Positions 54,961 to 64,000 of a stretch of DNA of 64,000 nucleotides are shown one piece after another. The stretch lies in IMG/VR virus record IMGVR_UViG_3300028392_000036, positions 64,001-128,000 of that record; one strand, written 5' to 3'. The translations under genes and the position numbers were made by a program. Position 1 is the first letter of the stretch; every line of letters begins with the position of its first letter. The notes beneath the pieces are model-generated. The model saw nothing but the letters and a program-made list of their open reading frames with translations, did not search any database and was not told the DNA's origin. Source of the stretch: a virus.

Positions 54961-57900
54961 ATGAGTCAACCAGTTTGGATTACCCCTGTAGGTAGTTTGG
55001 GAACCATACCCGAAGGTATATTTTATCAAAATACACTGTTGGTAGTTGCGGGCGCACTGCCCAACACCCCTACCTGTACGGCTACCACAGCAGGCACCAA
55101 CATCATCACCTGTACCAGTACTGAAGGGCTGTATCCAGACCTCAATGTTGTGTTTAGCGGCAATGTATTTGGTGGTGTTGATCCTGCCATAAGATATTTT
55201 GTATTAGATGTGATCAGCGACACAGAGTTTAGAATCACCGACACAGAGTTTAGTGCTATTCCTGTTGCATTAACAACTGACACTGGCACAATGACCGCAG
55301 AATTCAGACAGCACGTTTACTACACCCTGATTGCTGGTAATTTACCACCGGGTATCCAAGTTTCAGACAATGGATTGATTGTGGGTGTTCCTAGTGCATT
55401 GGCAAGTATACAAGGCGTACCGTTTGATGTCAATAGAGATGTAACCAGCAAATTTACCATTAGAGCGTACACACAAACTGCCACTGGCACAGTTGATCGC
55501 ATTAGAGATCGAACATTCACACTCACTGTAATCAACACCAATGCGCCAGTGTTTACTTCCCCCGGTGACCTTGGAACATATTATGATGGTGACAGATTAG
55601 ATATTCAACTTGGCATTACCAACGTTGGACCAAACAATCCTGCTGTGGTCAGTTTGATAGGCGGTCAATTGCCAGGTGGAGTTTATCTTAGTCCCACAGG
55701 ATTAATATCGGGCTACATTCAACCGTTTGCCAACGTCGATCGACCGCCCGGTTACGATCTCACTCCCGAAGATGTATATCCGTATGACTTTGTTACCAGT
55801 GCTATAAACAAAAACTATCAGTTTACTCTGCAAGTTACAGATGGCACCTCAACTGATATAAAAACATTTAGCTTTTTTGTATATGACCGTTCTACACTCA
55901 ATGCCAGTACCACACAAATCACAGCAGACAATAGTGTGATCACAGCCGACGAAGGTGAAGAACGCAAACCGTTTATTGTAAATTCATTACCATCAAACTT
56001 GGGTACTGTGCGTAGTGACAACTACTATGCACATCAGTTTATTGCCAATGACTACGACACTCCTGATCTCAAATTTGCCATCAGTGTGAACGTGGGATCA
56101 GGACTTCCTCCGGGACTAGGAATTGATCCCAATTCAGGTTGGTACTATGGTTATATCCCCGATCAAGGTGTGACTGAAGTTGAATACAGTTTCAATATTG
56201 TTACCTACCAGGCTGACTTTGTAGGAACACCGATTACTTGTACCGCTACTGCATTCAATACCAATATTATTACCTGCGATAGCACATCACAGATCAATCC
56301 AGGGCAACCGATTGTGTTCACTGGCACCAGCTTTGGAGGTATCACTGCTTCACCAACGCAGGTGTATTATGTTCTCTCAGTAGAAAGCGACACAGAGTTT
56401 ACTATAACCAACAACCTTGGTAGCAATAGTGCGGTAACATTAACAACATCAACTGGTTCCTTGGCAGCCAACTTGATCGTTGCAAGTAGCCCATATCCAT
56501 TTACGCTAACAGTTAATGGGGCCGTCAATGCCGAAGTAATTTGGTCTACACCTGCTGATCTCGGGTACATCGAAAACGGTGCCACAAGTATGTTGGTAAT
56601 ACAGGCAGAGAACACAGGAGGCCGTGCTCTAAAGTATCGTCTCAAGCCAGGGGCCGGTCCTGCACAATTACCATATCCCTATGTGCCTGGAGTATACAAT
56701 CTACTACCACAAGGGCTGAAATTATTAGACTCTGGAGAAATATCTGGGCGAGTAACCTTTAATACCTTTGCCATTGACCTAGGGTCAACAACATTTGATG
56801 CCACGCAATCTGTAGTAAGAAATATTTCTATTCAAGAAACCACATTTGATAGTACTTTTACATTTACCGTGAATGCCTACGCAGAAGATTCTCAACAGGT
56901 ACTTTACAAAGTAAATTCAGTTGAGGTGCTTGATGGCGGATCAGGATACAGTGCAGTAACCACTCCAGTGTTGACATTTAACACACCAATAGGAGCAACA
57001 GCAATTCAGGCACAAGCAGGCACTGTCACTGTGAGTGGTGGTAAGATAACTGCTGTAGCAGTCGAAAATGGTGGTAATGGATACACTAGTCCTGCTATCT
57101 TGACAGTCACTGAAGGGTTCGGCGGATCAGGGGCAGTACTACAATCCATAATGAAACCTACCGGTACCCGAGACGTTGTGAGTGTGGACAAAACATTTAC
57201 CGTACAGGTTCGACGTGTTTACAACAAGCCTTATCAGAACCTGTTGATTGAAGCCATGCCACCGGCTAATGATCGTGCCACAATAACAGAGTTGTTGAAC
57301 AACCAAGAAATCTTTGTGCCAGATTATATCTACAGAATAGATGATCCATACTTTGGCAAGAGTGAACGAGTGATATACCAACACGCATTTGGTCTTGCCC
57401 CCGATACGTTAGAAACTTATGTACTCAGTTTGTATGAAAATCACTACTGGAAAAATCTTGTGTTGGGCGAAATTGATACTGCTCAGGCTATAGATCCTAT
57501 CACAGGCGAAGTGGTATATGAAGTTGTATACAGCAAAATCATAGATGACCTTGTGAATGCATCGGGGGTCAGCGTGAGCAAGATTGTAAATCTTCCTTAT
57601 TCCATCACGGATCCAGGTGATGGCAGCACACAACTCACACAGGTGTATCCTAATAGCCTAGTTGACATGAGAGATCAAGTGATTGACGTGGTTGGACAAA
57701 TATCAACCAAACTTCCACTGTGGATGACTTCAAAACAAACCAATGGAAGAGTGTTAGGCTTTACTCCAGCCTGGGTCATGTGTTACACCAAACCTGGAAG
57801 AAGCCGACAAATTGCTTACTATGTACAAACACAATTCCAAGGACAATTAAACACAGTAGACTTCAAGGTTGATCGATATATTCTAGATCATACACTAAGT

Positions 57901-59127
57901 CGTAACTGGGATACTGTAACTCAAAACTGGACACCAAAACCTAGTTTGACCACATTTGATAGATACGGATCAGGATTACTTCCATTCATTGGATATGTTG
58001 ATATAGCCACACGTTTGGCCTACTCTGATGTTAATCAACAGACATTGGATTATATTACTAGCCTTGGCGGACTTGATGGAATACTATCTAACATCAACGG
58101 AAACACTTTAATCTTTACCAAGCAGGAATACTACACTGACTACGCCACTGCCGATGATGCTTGGCAAGACTATACTACTCTTTATGACGGTGGATTATAT
58201 GATCAAGGTGATGCAACAGATCCATCTGCACCGCCACCACAAAATATCGACTACCCTGTTGAGTCATTTGACGACAGTTATACTATTCCAGGTGGATACA
58301 CTTATGACTGTACTAACACTTATACCAGCACTGATTATATCAAAGCTTCAACTACTGCGGGTATGCAGGTAAATGATCCTGTGTGGTTTACTGGTAGCAC
58401 CTTTGGTGGAATACTTACTACCAATGCCGCTAATGGACTGACTCAAATATACTATATTACCGAAGTGGTCAAAACTACTTGTACTATTACTGCGGCAGGA
58501 ACAAACTTAATAACTTGTGCTAGTGCCACATATTTAAATACCAATGATGTGGTGTGGTTTACCGGTACTACATTTGGAGGTGTAGAAGCATTGACCGCAA
58601 GCAACACTATTCAACAATATTACGTGACCAAAATATCATCTACAACATTCAAGATTTCACTAACACAAGGTGGAGGATTTGTTACTTTATCAAATGCAAC
58701 AGGATCAATGAATGTAAACACGTCATACTTTACTGTAAGCGAAACACAAGGTGGTACTAATACCACCTTGACCACAGCATCGGGTGGTATGCTTGTGAAC
58801 TTTGGCAACACAAGAATGGCCGTCTACACCATATCGGTGGACCCTGTGACTACACTTGTGACTCTTACTCCCACAACACTTACTGCACAAACCCAATATG
58901 TACAAATCACTCGCGGACGCAGATATAAAGGCGCTCAATTGTATTACCCGACAAGCCCGGCACAAGGATATACATTGATCAACTGGCTCCCAGTACCAGA
59001 ATCTAGCTCAAGTGAAACCACATTTGACGCGGCAAGCATGGCGTTTGAACAACCAGTTGATATGTACGATCCCACCGATCGGGATGATAAATATCTGGTA
59101 TTTCCCAAAGCCAATATATTGGTATAA
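54961..59127 (+). CDS. Large virion structural protein with Ig/cadherin-like and repeated beta domains
   Basis: 1388 aa; W.TP.G.LG, G.LP.G..L...G.I.G repeats and four CT....T..I....V.F.G..FGG....YY modules. Confidence 0.8.
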   Translation: MSQPVWITPVGSLGTIPEGIFYQNTLLVVAGALPNTPTCTATTAGTNIITCTSTEGLYPDLNVVFSGNVFGGVDPAIRYFVLDVISDTEFRITDTEFSAIPVALTTDTGTMTAEFRQHVYYTLIAGNLPPGIQVSDNGLIVGVPSALASIQGVPFDVNRDVTSKFTIRAYTQTATGTVDRIRDRTFTLTVINTNAPVFTSPGDLGTYYDGDRLDIQLGITNVGPNNPAVVSLIGGQLPGGVYLSPTGLISGYIQPFANVDRPPGYDLTPEDVYPYDFVTSAINKNYQFTLQVTDGTSTDIKTFSFFVYDRSTLNASTTQITADNSVITADEGEERKPFIVNSLPSNLGTVRSDNYYAHQFIANDYDTPDLKFAISVNVGSGLPPGLGIDPNSGWYYGYIPDQGVTEVEYSFNIVTYQADFVGTPITCTATAFNTNIITCDSTSQINPGQPIVFTGTSFGGITASPTQVYYVLSVESDTEFTITNNLGSNSAVTLTTSTGSLAANLIVASSPYPFTLTVNGAVNAEVIWSTPADLGYIENGATSMLVIQAENTGGRALKYRLKPGAGPAQLPYPYVPGVYNLLPQGLKLLDSGEISGRVTFNTFAIDLGSTTFDATQSVVRNISIQETTFDSTFTFTVNAYAEDSQQVLYKVNSVEVLDGGSGYSAVTTPVLTFNTPIGATAIQAQAGTVTVSGGKITAVAVENGGNGYTSPAILTVTEGFGGSGAVLQSIMKPTGTRDVVSVDKTFTVQVRRVYNKPYQNLLIEAMPPANDRATITELLNNQEIFVPDYIYRIDDPYFGKSERVIYQHAFGLAPDTLETYVLSLYENHYWKNLVLGEIDTAQAIDPITGEVVYEVVYSKIIDDLVNASGVSVSKIVNLPYSITDPGDGSTQLTQVYPNSLVDMRDQVIDVVGQISTKLPLWMTSKQTNGRVLGFTPAWVMCYTKPGRSRQIAYYVQTQFQGQLNTVDFKVDRYILDHTLSRNWDTVTQNWTPKPSLTTFDRYGSGLLPFIGYVDIATRLAYSDVNQQTLDYITSLGGLDGILSNINGNTLIFTKQEYYTDYATADDAWQDYTTLYDGGLYDQGDATDPSAPPPQNIDYPVESFDDSYTIPGGYTYDCTNTYTSTDYIKASTTAGMQVNDPVWFTGSTFGGILTTNAANGLTQIYYITEVVKTTCTITAAGTNLITCASATYLNTNDVVWFTGTTFGGVEALTASNTIQQYYVTKISSTTFKISLTQGGGFVTLSNATGSMNVNTSYFTVSETQGGTNTTLTTASGGMLVNFGNTRMAVYTISVDPVTTLVTLTPTTLTAQTQYVQITRGRRYKGAQLYYPTSPAQGYTLINWLPVPESSSSETTFDAASMAFEQPVDMYDPTDRDDKYLVFPKANILV

Positions 59128-59142
59128 CTAGGACAAAAAAGA

Positions 59143-60054
59143 ATGGCAAGTCAAATTAACCCAAACGACATCGACGGAGCATATCCGGTTGCTGGACAAG
59201 ACAATAACTCACAAGGTTTTCGTGATAATTTCACCAACACCAAAACAAATTTTACTTTTGCGGCAAACGAAATTACCGACTTGCAAAATAACGCAGTATT
59301 AAAGTCTGCACTAAACGGAACCACGCTGGACAACAACATGGGTGGAAGTTTGCTATATGATGCTACTATACAGGACTTTGGGGCCACACGAGTAGCATTA
59401 GGCTCAGTATCTGGATCAACTACCGTTAACTACGCTTCTGGACATTATCAAACGCTCACAACTGGTGGCAATGTAACGTTGACATTCAGCAACTTCCCTG
59501 CATCGGGAATACAGGCCTGGGTAATTGTAAGAGTTACTGTGGCAAGTGTTGCCCACATATTAACATTGTCTTCGGCAGTGGGCACAGGTGCTAGTTCTGC
59601 TTCAGTTTTGGGTATTCAAGGTATCAGCAGTAATGTTATTACCTTTAACGAAACAGGCACATACGAATTCCAGTTCCATACAGAAGACGGTGGAACCACA
59701 ATCTATCTTAGCGAACTAACTCGTCCAAGAAACAGATTTACTAATCCATTGCTTTTAACCGGAAGTGAAGACCTGGCTGCCAGTGGCGCCGCTAGTCTTG
59801 CACTTACAACCAGCTACTTCACAACCGCCGCCGCAGAAACAGCCACCTTGGCTGCAGGCACAACCGGACAAATCAAGGTGTTCAGTGCCGTAAGTATTGC
59901 CGCAGGCAACATGGTCATCACAGTGACCAATGCTGGATGGAAGAGTTCAGGTACAGGCACTATTACGTTTGGTACAATCGGTGCAGGTTGTACTTTACAG
60001 TACACCAACAGCAAATGGTTCTGCATTGGCAACAACGGTTGCACCTTCGGCTAA
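59143..60054 (+). CDS. Virion structural protein
   Basis: ID..YPVAGQDN.SQGFRDNF N-terminus; Thr/Gly/Ser-rich beta region. Confidence 0.7.
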   Translation: MASQINPNDIDGAYPVAGQDNNSQGFRDNFTNTKTNFTFAANEITDLQNNAVLKSALNGTTLDNNMGGSLLYDATIQDFGATRVALGSVSGSTTVNYASGHYQTLTTGGNVTLTFSNFPASGIQAWVIVRVTVASVAHILTLSSAVGTGASSASVLGIQGISSNVITFNETGTYEFQFHTEDGGTTIYLSELTRPRNRFTNPLLLTGSEDLAASGAASLALTTSYFTTAAAETATLAAGTTGQIKVFSAVSIAAGNMVITVTNAGWKSSGTGTITFGTIGAGCTLQYTNSKWFCIGNNGCTFG

Positions 60055-60096
60055 CAAACACTTGACAACCCAGTTGTTCTAGTGTAAACTAACAAC

Positions 60097-60339
60097 ATGG
60101 AACATCCTTTAATCGGCGACATAAATGACTTGACCATTGATGAACTCAGTGCCCGGGTCAGCGAACTTTCCAACAAACTCAATATAGCCGCAGGAACGGG
60201 TAATGCCCATTTATGCGATCAAATTAGAATGGCTCTGGAAACTTTTCGAAACAAGTACCAAGATAAATTAAGAGATTCTTACAAGAAACAAGAAGAAATC
60301 AACCACATCAACTTTGACGACAAAATCAATATCAAATGA
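60097..60339 (+). CDS. Hypothetical protein
   Basis: ATG 6 nt after TTGACA-17bp-TAAACT (60062-60090). Confidence 0.65.
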   Translation: MEHPLIGDINDLTIDELSARVSELSNKLNIAAGTGNAHLCDQIRMALETFRNKYQDKLRDSYKKQEEINHINFDDKINIK

Positions 60340-60935
60340 ACGTTAGACTACAATACGATTTAGAATTTCTTGCAGGTGTCTACTACGAAGATCAACTGCA
60401 AATGAACAGTTACACAGTGAGCCTCAACTTGCTGACCAAGACCAAAGATTCTGCCAGCACCAATATTGCCCTGGATCGAGCCAAGGCATTTGTGCATGGT
60501 GCATTAGAAAGTTCGGTCTTTATAAATCAAGATAATATGGAACGTGCCGAGTTCATGCAAATGATAGGCATCAATGTTACCACGTTGCCTGAAGAACCAG
60601 TTGACCAAATCATTGGAATGATGTTATACTACAAACTTAATGCTGTGATGGAAGGGCGCATGATTGTAACTGGATTAGATATTTCTAGCACACTAGGTGA
60701 CTCAGTTTGGTATCAACACGACGAGGATGATGCGGCTGGACCGTTTACTGCCGATGGTTGGTGGAACCGCGCCAGTATGCAACACGAAACAATAGAGCGC
60801 GATCCTGAACCGGGCAATATTGTCAAAGTAATGTCAACAGGTTGGTATGAATTGAATCTAGAGTGGCCCGAGAACACCGCAACAGTCAGTGACAACACGG
60901 TAGTATTTGCAAACTTTCCAAAAAATGAGAAGTAA
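60336..60935 (+). CDS. Hypothetical protein
   Basis: ATGA overlap; LPEEPVDQII. Confidence 0.65.
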   Translation: MNVRLQYDLEFLAGVYYEDQLQMNSYTVSLNLLTKTKDSASTNIALDRAKAFVHGALESSVFINQDNMERAEFMQMIGINVTTLPEEPVDQIIGMMLYYKLNAVMEGRMIVTGLDISSTLGDSVWYQHDEDDAAGPFTADGWWNRASMQHETIERDPEPGNIVKVMSTGWYELNLEWPENTATVSDNTVVFANFPKNEK

Positions 60936-61443
60936 CCAGTACGGAGAAATAGTACTTGACGAAACTGATCTTTGTGATTTAATCATGCAAGGTCGCGATC
61001 TCTCACAAATGAAATGTGTAGTTGATTCAAATGTAGATATAGAATCAGCAATTCAGTTGTTGGAAGATCCAGGACAATTAGTGTTATGGACATTCCCATA
61101 CAACAGCGATATTAGTGTGCCTGACTGGGATCACATACAACAACGCAACTGGCACATGCCCGATGAATACAAACAACTGGATGTGGCTGAACACGTGGTT
61201 GGGTTATGTGACACACCCGAAAAACTGCAACGTGTGGGGCACGAATTATTATTGTATCAAGAGCGTGGTCTGTTTGATTTACTGCGTTACTTGAAGTATC
61301 TAGTGGATGTCATGCGAGACAATCATGTGATTTGGGGTGTAGGCCGTGGATCTAGTGTGGCCAGTTATGTGCTATACCTGTTGGGTGTACACAGAATAGA
61401 TTCGATGTATTACGATTTAGACGCAGAAGAGTTTTTGCGTTAA
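60925..61443 (+). CDS. DNA polymerase III alpha (DnaE)-like fragment
   Basis: R...EL......WGVGRGSSVASYVLYLLGVHRID...YDL...EFL; ends before the catalytic DxD. Confidence 0.8.
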   Translation: MRSNQYGEIVLDETDLCDLIMQGRDLSQMKCVVDSNVDIESAIQLLEDPGQLVLWTFPYNSDISVPDWDHIQQRNWHMPDEYKQLDVAEHVVGLCDTPEKLQRVGHELLLYQERGLFDLLRYLKYLVDVMRDNHVIWGVGRGSSVASYVLYLLGVHRIDSMYYDLDAEEFLR

Positions 61444-61464
61444 ATATTATTTTAGGAGATAGCA

Positions 61465-61689
61465 ATGACAAATGAAGTATATAAATCAGCTGGTGGTAAA
61501 ACTGTAGATATGGGTGCATTACGTTTACAAAACGAAAAAGTTCGTGCTGTGGGCAATATGCGTGTGAACGCTCGCGGTGATGAAATCAACGACAACAACG
61601 AAGTAATTCGCACAAGAAACGAGCAAGTTAACAAACAGTACAAGGCACAAACTCGTATGCCACTTCCTAGCTCAAAGGATACACAATGA
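61465..61689 (+). CDS. Hypothetical protein
   Basis: TAAATA and AGGAG upstream; AVGNMRVNARGD. Confidence 0.7.
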   Translation: MTNEVYKSAGGKTVDMGALRLQNEKVRAVGNMRVNARGDEINDNNEVIRTRNEQVNKQYKAQTRMPLPSSKDTQ

Positions 61690-62087
61690 CCAAACTTGCT
61701 TTTGAAGCACATAGGTTCAACCGTGATCAACTGAAACCACTCAACGATGTGGTTATTGTAGGCGAGATGACTTTTACCGAACGCTTTACCAATACTGGTA
61801 TTGTGTTGCTCAGTGACAATGGCAAAACTGCAGGTATTCGACCACGTTGGGGGCAGGTATATGCTGTGGGTCCAGATCAAAAGGATGTGCAGGTGGGCGA
61901 GTGGGTTTGTATTGCACACGGGCGTTGGACACGTGGGATTGATATCGAAGACGAAAACGGCAAACAAACTCTGCGCCGGGTTGATCCCAAAGACATCTTG
62001 ATGTCAGCTGATGAACAGCCAGATGACTTAACATTTTCAGATGCAGTACAAGCAGAAGCCGCACCTAGCCATATGCAACACTCATGA
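61686..62087 (+). CDS. GroES-like co-chaperonin
   Basis: LKPL.D.VIV, T..GIVL, G.V.AVG, V.VG and DIL motifs. Confidence 0.8.
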   Translation: MTKLAFEAHRFNRDQLKPLNDVVIVGEMTFTERFTNTGIVLLSDNGKTAGIRPRWGQVYAVGPDQKDVQVGEWVCIAHGRWTRGIDIEDENGKQTLRRVDPKDILMSADEQPDDLTFSDAVQAEAAPSHMQHS

Positions 62088-62320
62088 AGATAGACTGGAA
62101 TGTCAACCAAGTTATCAGTGAGTGTCGCAAAATGTATGCCGGGGCAAATGATCCTTATGTAACAGGTTATGTCAATTGGCCTTGCAAACAAGACTTGTAT
62201 CGTGTAAAATTTGCTATAGACGAGATGTTGAAAAACACTAGTGGATTTGCTGGTGAAGCGGAATGGCTAGAGCAACTGGAAAAAGAACAAATGTGGAAAG
62301 CATTAAAAAATGGAAATTGA
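62084..62320 (+). CDS. Hypothetical protein
   Basis: ATGA overlap. Confidence 0.6.
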   Translation: MKIDWNVNQVISECRKMYAGANDPYVTGYVNWPCKQDLYRVKFAIDEMLKNTSGFAGEAEWLEQLEKEQMWKALKNGN

Positions 62321-62483
62321 AGTACAACCTAAAGACCCAAGCAAGGGACATTTTTATGTGAGCCTTGTAAAGAGTGGTGTACGTATTATAGCAGGTGGAT
62401 GTTTGATTACAGGTAACTTGCTAATGGCAGGTGTTTGTTTTATAATGGCAGAAGTATTAGGTATTGTAGAGGAATTGGTATGA
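62310..62483 (+). CDS. 57-aa membrane protein (not in ORF track)
   Basis: HF.VSLVKSG.RI.AG...AEVLGIVEELV; ATGA overlap with the next gene. Confidence 0.6.
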   Translation: MEIEVQPKDPSKGHFYVSLVKSGVRIIAGGCLITGNLLMAGVCFIMAEVLGIVEELV

Positions 62484-62665
62484 GCAAGGGTTCAAGACCA
62501 CGTCCATATTCAGTGGATCAGGAAACATTTGGCAACAACTATGATGCTATATTCAAAAAGAAATCAACATTCAAAGATCTAGAAGAAGATGCCGACGAGC
62601 GTGCAAGATTAGCAGAACTTGAGAACTTGAAACAAAAGGAAAATAATGAAAGAACTATGGGTTGA
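62480..62665 (+). CDS. Small hypothetical protein
   Basis: MSKGSRPRP.SV....F..NYD.IF; SD GAGGA. Confidence 0.65.
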   Translation: MSKGSRPRPYSVDQETFGNNYDAIFKKKSTFKDLEEDADERARLAELENLKQKENNERTMG

Positions 62666-63569
62666 AAAATATCGTCCCAGGACTGTGGACGGTTATGTGT
62701 TTGTGGATGCTGGTCAACGAGAACAAGTGCAACAATGGATACAAGATGGGACTATTCCACACTTGATGTTGAGCGGTTCGGCAGGCACAGGTAAAACAAC
62801 TCTAGCCAAACTCTTGATCAACGAACTGGGCGTGGACGAGTATGATGTGATGTATGCCAACGGATCCAAGGAAGCACGTAAGGTTGAGTGGGTCGATAAA
62901 CTGATCTCATTCTGTCAAACAATGCCGTTTGGCAAGTTCAAAGTTGTGCTGATTGACGAAGCAGACTATATGAACCCAAACTCTGTACAACCTGCACTTC
63001 GTAACCTCATGGAAGACTACAGCCAAACAGTGAGATTTATTCTTACCTGTAACTATCCTTCAAAGATTATCCCGCCACTGCACTCACGCTGTCAAGGATT
63101 CCAGATTAACAAAACTGATCACACAGAGTTCACTGCCCGTGCCGCAACTGTGTTGGTCACAGAAGGCGTGGAGTTTGACTTGGATATGTTGGACACTTAT
63201 GTCAAAGCCACATATCCAGACTTGCGTAAGTGTTTGAACTTGTTGCAACCCAACTCACAGTCGGGCACACTTGCACCACCCAGTGCGGCTGACAGAAGCG
63301 CAAGGGACTGGAAGTTGGAATGTGTGGACCTGTTCAAACAAGGGCACATTAAACAGGCAAGAACATTGTTGTGTCAAAGTGCCACACCAGAAGAATCAGA
63401 TGCCATATTCCGTTGGATGTATGACAACTTGGACTTGTTTGGGCGGACTCCGGAGCAACAAGATCAGGCTATTGTAATCATACGCAATGGCGCGGCCAAT
63501 ATACCTTTGGTTACAGATCAGGAAATTAACTTGAGTGCTACTTTAATTGAACTTGGCAACATCACTTGA
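62646..63569 (+). CDS. Sliding clamp loader AAA+ subunit (RFC small/T4 gp44-like)
   Basis: LWVEKYRP, G.AGTGKTT, DEAD, Q.ALR..ME, FILTCNY, SRC and D.R. Confidence 0.93.
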   Translation: MKELWVEKYRPRTVDGYVFVDAGQREQVQQWIQDGTIPHLMLSGSAGTGKTTLAKLLINELGVDEYDVMYANGSKEARKVEWVDKLISFCQTMPFGKFKVVLIDEADYMNPNSVQPALRNLMEDYSQTVRFILTCNYPSKIIPPLHSRCQGFQINKTDHTEFTARAATVLVTEGVEFDLDMLDTYVKATYPDLRKCLNLLQPNSQSGTLAPPSAADRSARDWKLECVDLFKQGHIKQARTLLCQSATPEESDAIFRWMYDNLDLFGRTPEQQDQAIVIIRNGAANIPLVTDQEINLSATLIELGNIT

Positions 63570-64000
63570 ACCCAAGATAGATACTGCTAACAGGATCACA
63601 TTCCTGTTGGACTGGGAACTCACAATGAAGTGCAACTTGGATTGCAGTTATTGCGAAACAGGTATCTATGGCGGACACGATAACTCACAACGCCATCCTC
63701 CATTAAAAGACTGTTTAGAGACCATTGACTTTATGTTTGAGTATGTGGACATTTACATGGCCACTAAACCTCGAGGCATTCGCTATGTAGTACTGAATGT
63801 ATATGGTGGAGAGGCCCTGCATCATCCTGATATTATAGATATTCTAAATACAGTACGTGAACGTTATCTTCCTTATCAAGACCGATGGCACTTGACAATC
63901 ACCACGACCACAAACGCTATCATAGCGCCACATAGACTGGATCAAATCATACCCTTGATTGATGAGTTTACTGTGAGTTATCACACTGATAATACTGCAG
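63553..64000 (+). CDS. Radical SAM protein, 3'-truncated by the window edge
   Basis: WELTMKCNLDCSYC, YGGE and TTN read by manual translation; the start codon is uncertain. Confidence 0.85.
   Translation, partial: MATSLEPKIDTANRITFLLDWELTMKCNLDCSYCETGIYGGHDNSQRHPPLKDCLETIDFMFEYVDIYMATKPRGIRYVVLNVYGGEALHHPDIIDILNTVRERYLPYQDRWHLTITTTTNAIIAPHRLDQIIPLIDEFTVSYHTDNTA

Noticed and set aside
1-64000. CRISPR array, tRNA, rRNA or IS element
   Set aside because: I found no regularly spaced repeats, cloverleaf with T-loop in intergenic space, or transposase motifs by eye. tRNAscan and CRISPR finders were not run.
1-64000. Alternative genetic code (stop-codon reassignment)
   Set aside because: Recognisable genes are full length under code 11 and end properly at TAG (rpsU), TGA and TAA.
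1-64000. Bacterial chromosome origin, suggested by clpX/clpP/infA/nadE/pstS
   Set aside because: These genes lack their usual operon partners (no pstCAB, lon, tig) and are interspersed with virion proteins, a gp44-like clamp loader and small unknown ORFs.

Overview
A 64-kb, gene-dense segment of a large lytic tailed phage (jumbo/T4-like myovirus style, standard genetic code). The host is probably a freshwater betaproteobacterium, inferred from the bS21 C-terminus LPKKLY and the PstS, ErpA and IF1 sequences. Gene content includes a proteostasis set (clpX, two clpP, clpS, hsp20, groES-like), translation genes (rpsU, infA), stress and metabolic genes (uvsE, SOD, erpA, nadE, yhhQ), glycan-modification enzymes (UDP-sugar dehydrogenase, 2OG oxygenase, amidinotransferase, GT4s, radical SAM), two DNA methyltransferases, cell-wall enzymes, a DnaE fragment, a clamp loader and several virion/tail-fibre proteins. 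The most striking element is an apparent phage phosphate-starvation regulon: the same Pho-box-like direct repeat plus TAAATA element precedes both pstS and a plcP-agt pair (phospholipid-to-glycolipid membrane remodelling), next to Mpo1-like and desaturase genes. A regulatory grammar is also readable in the DNA: near-consensus sigma70 promoters in duplicated cassettes, a recurrent 18-bp palindromic operator, a TAAATA late-type promoter, many apparently leaderless genes and ROSE-like RNA thermometers. No tRNA, rRNA, CRISPR array or IS element was recognised. All product calls come from motif recognition by eye, not from database searches.
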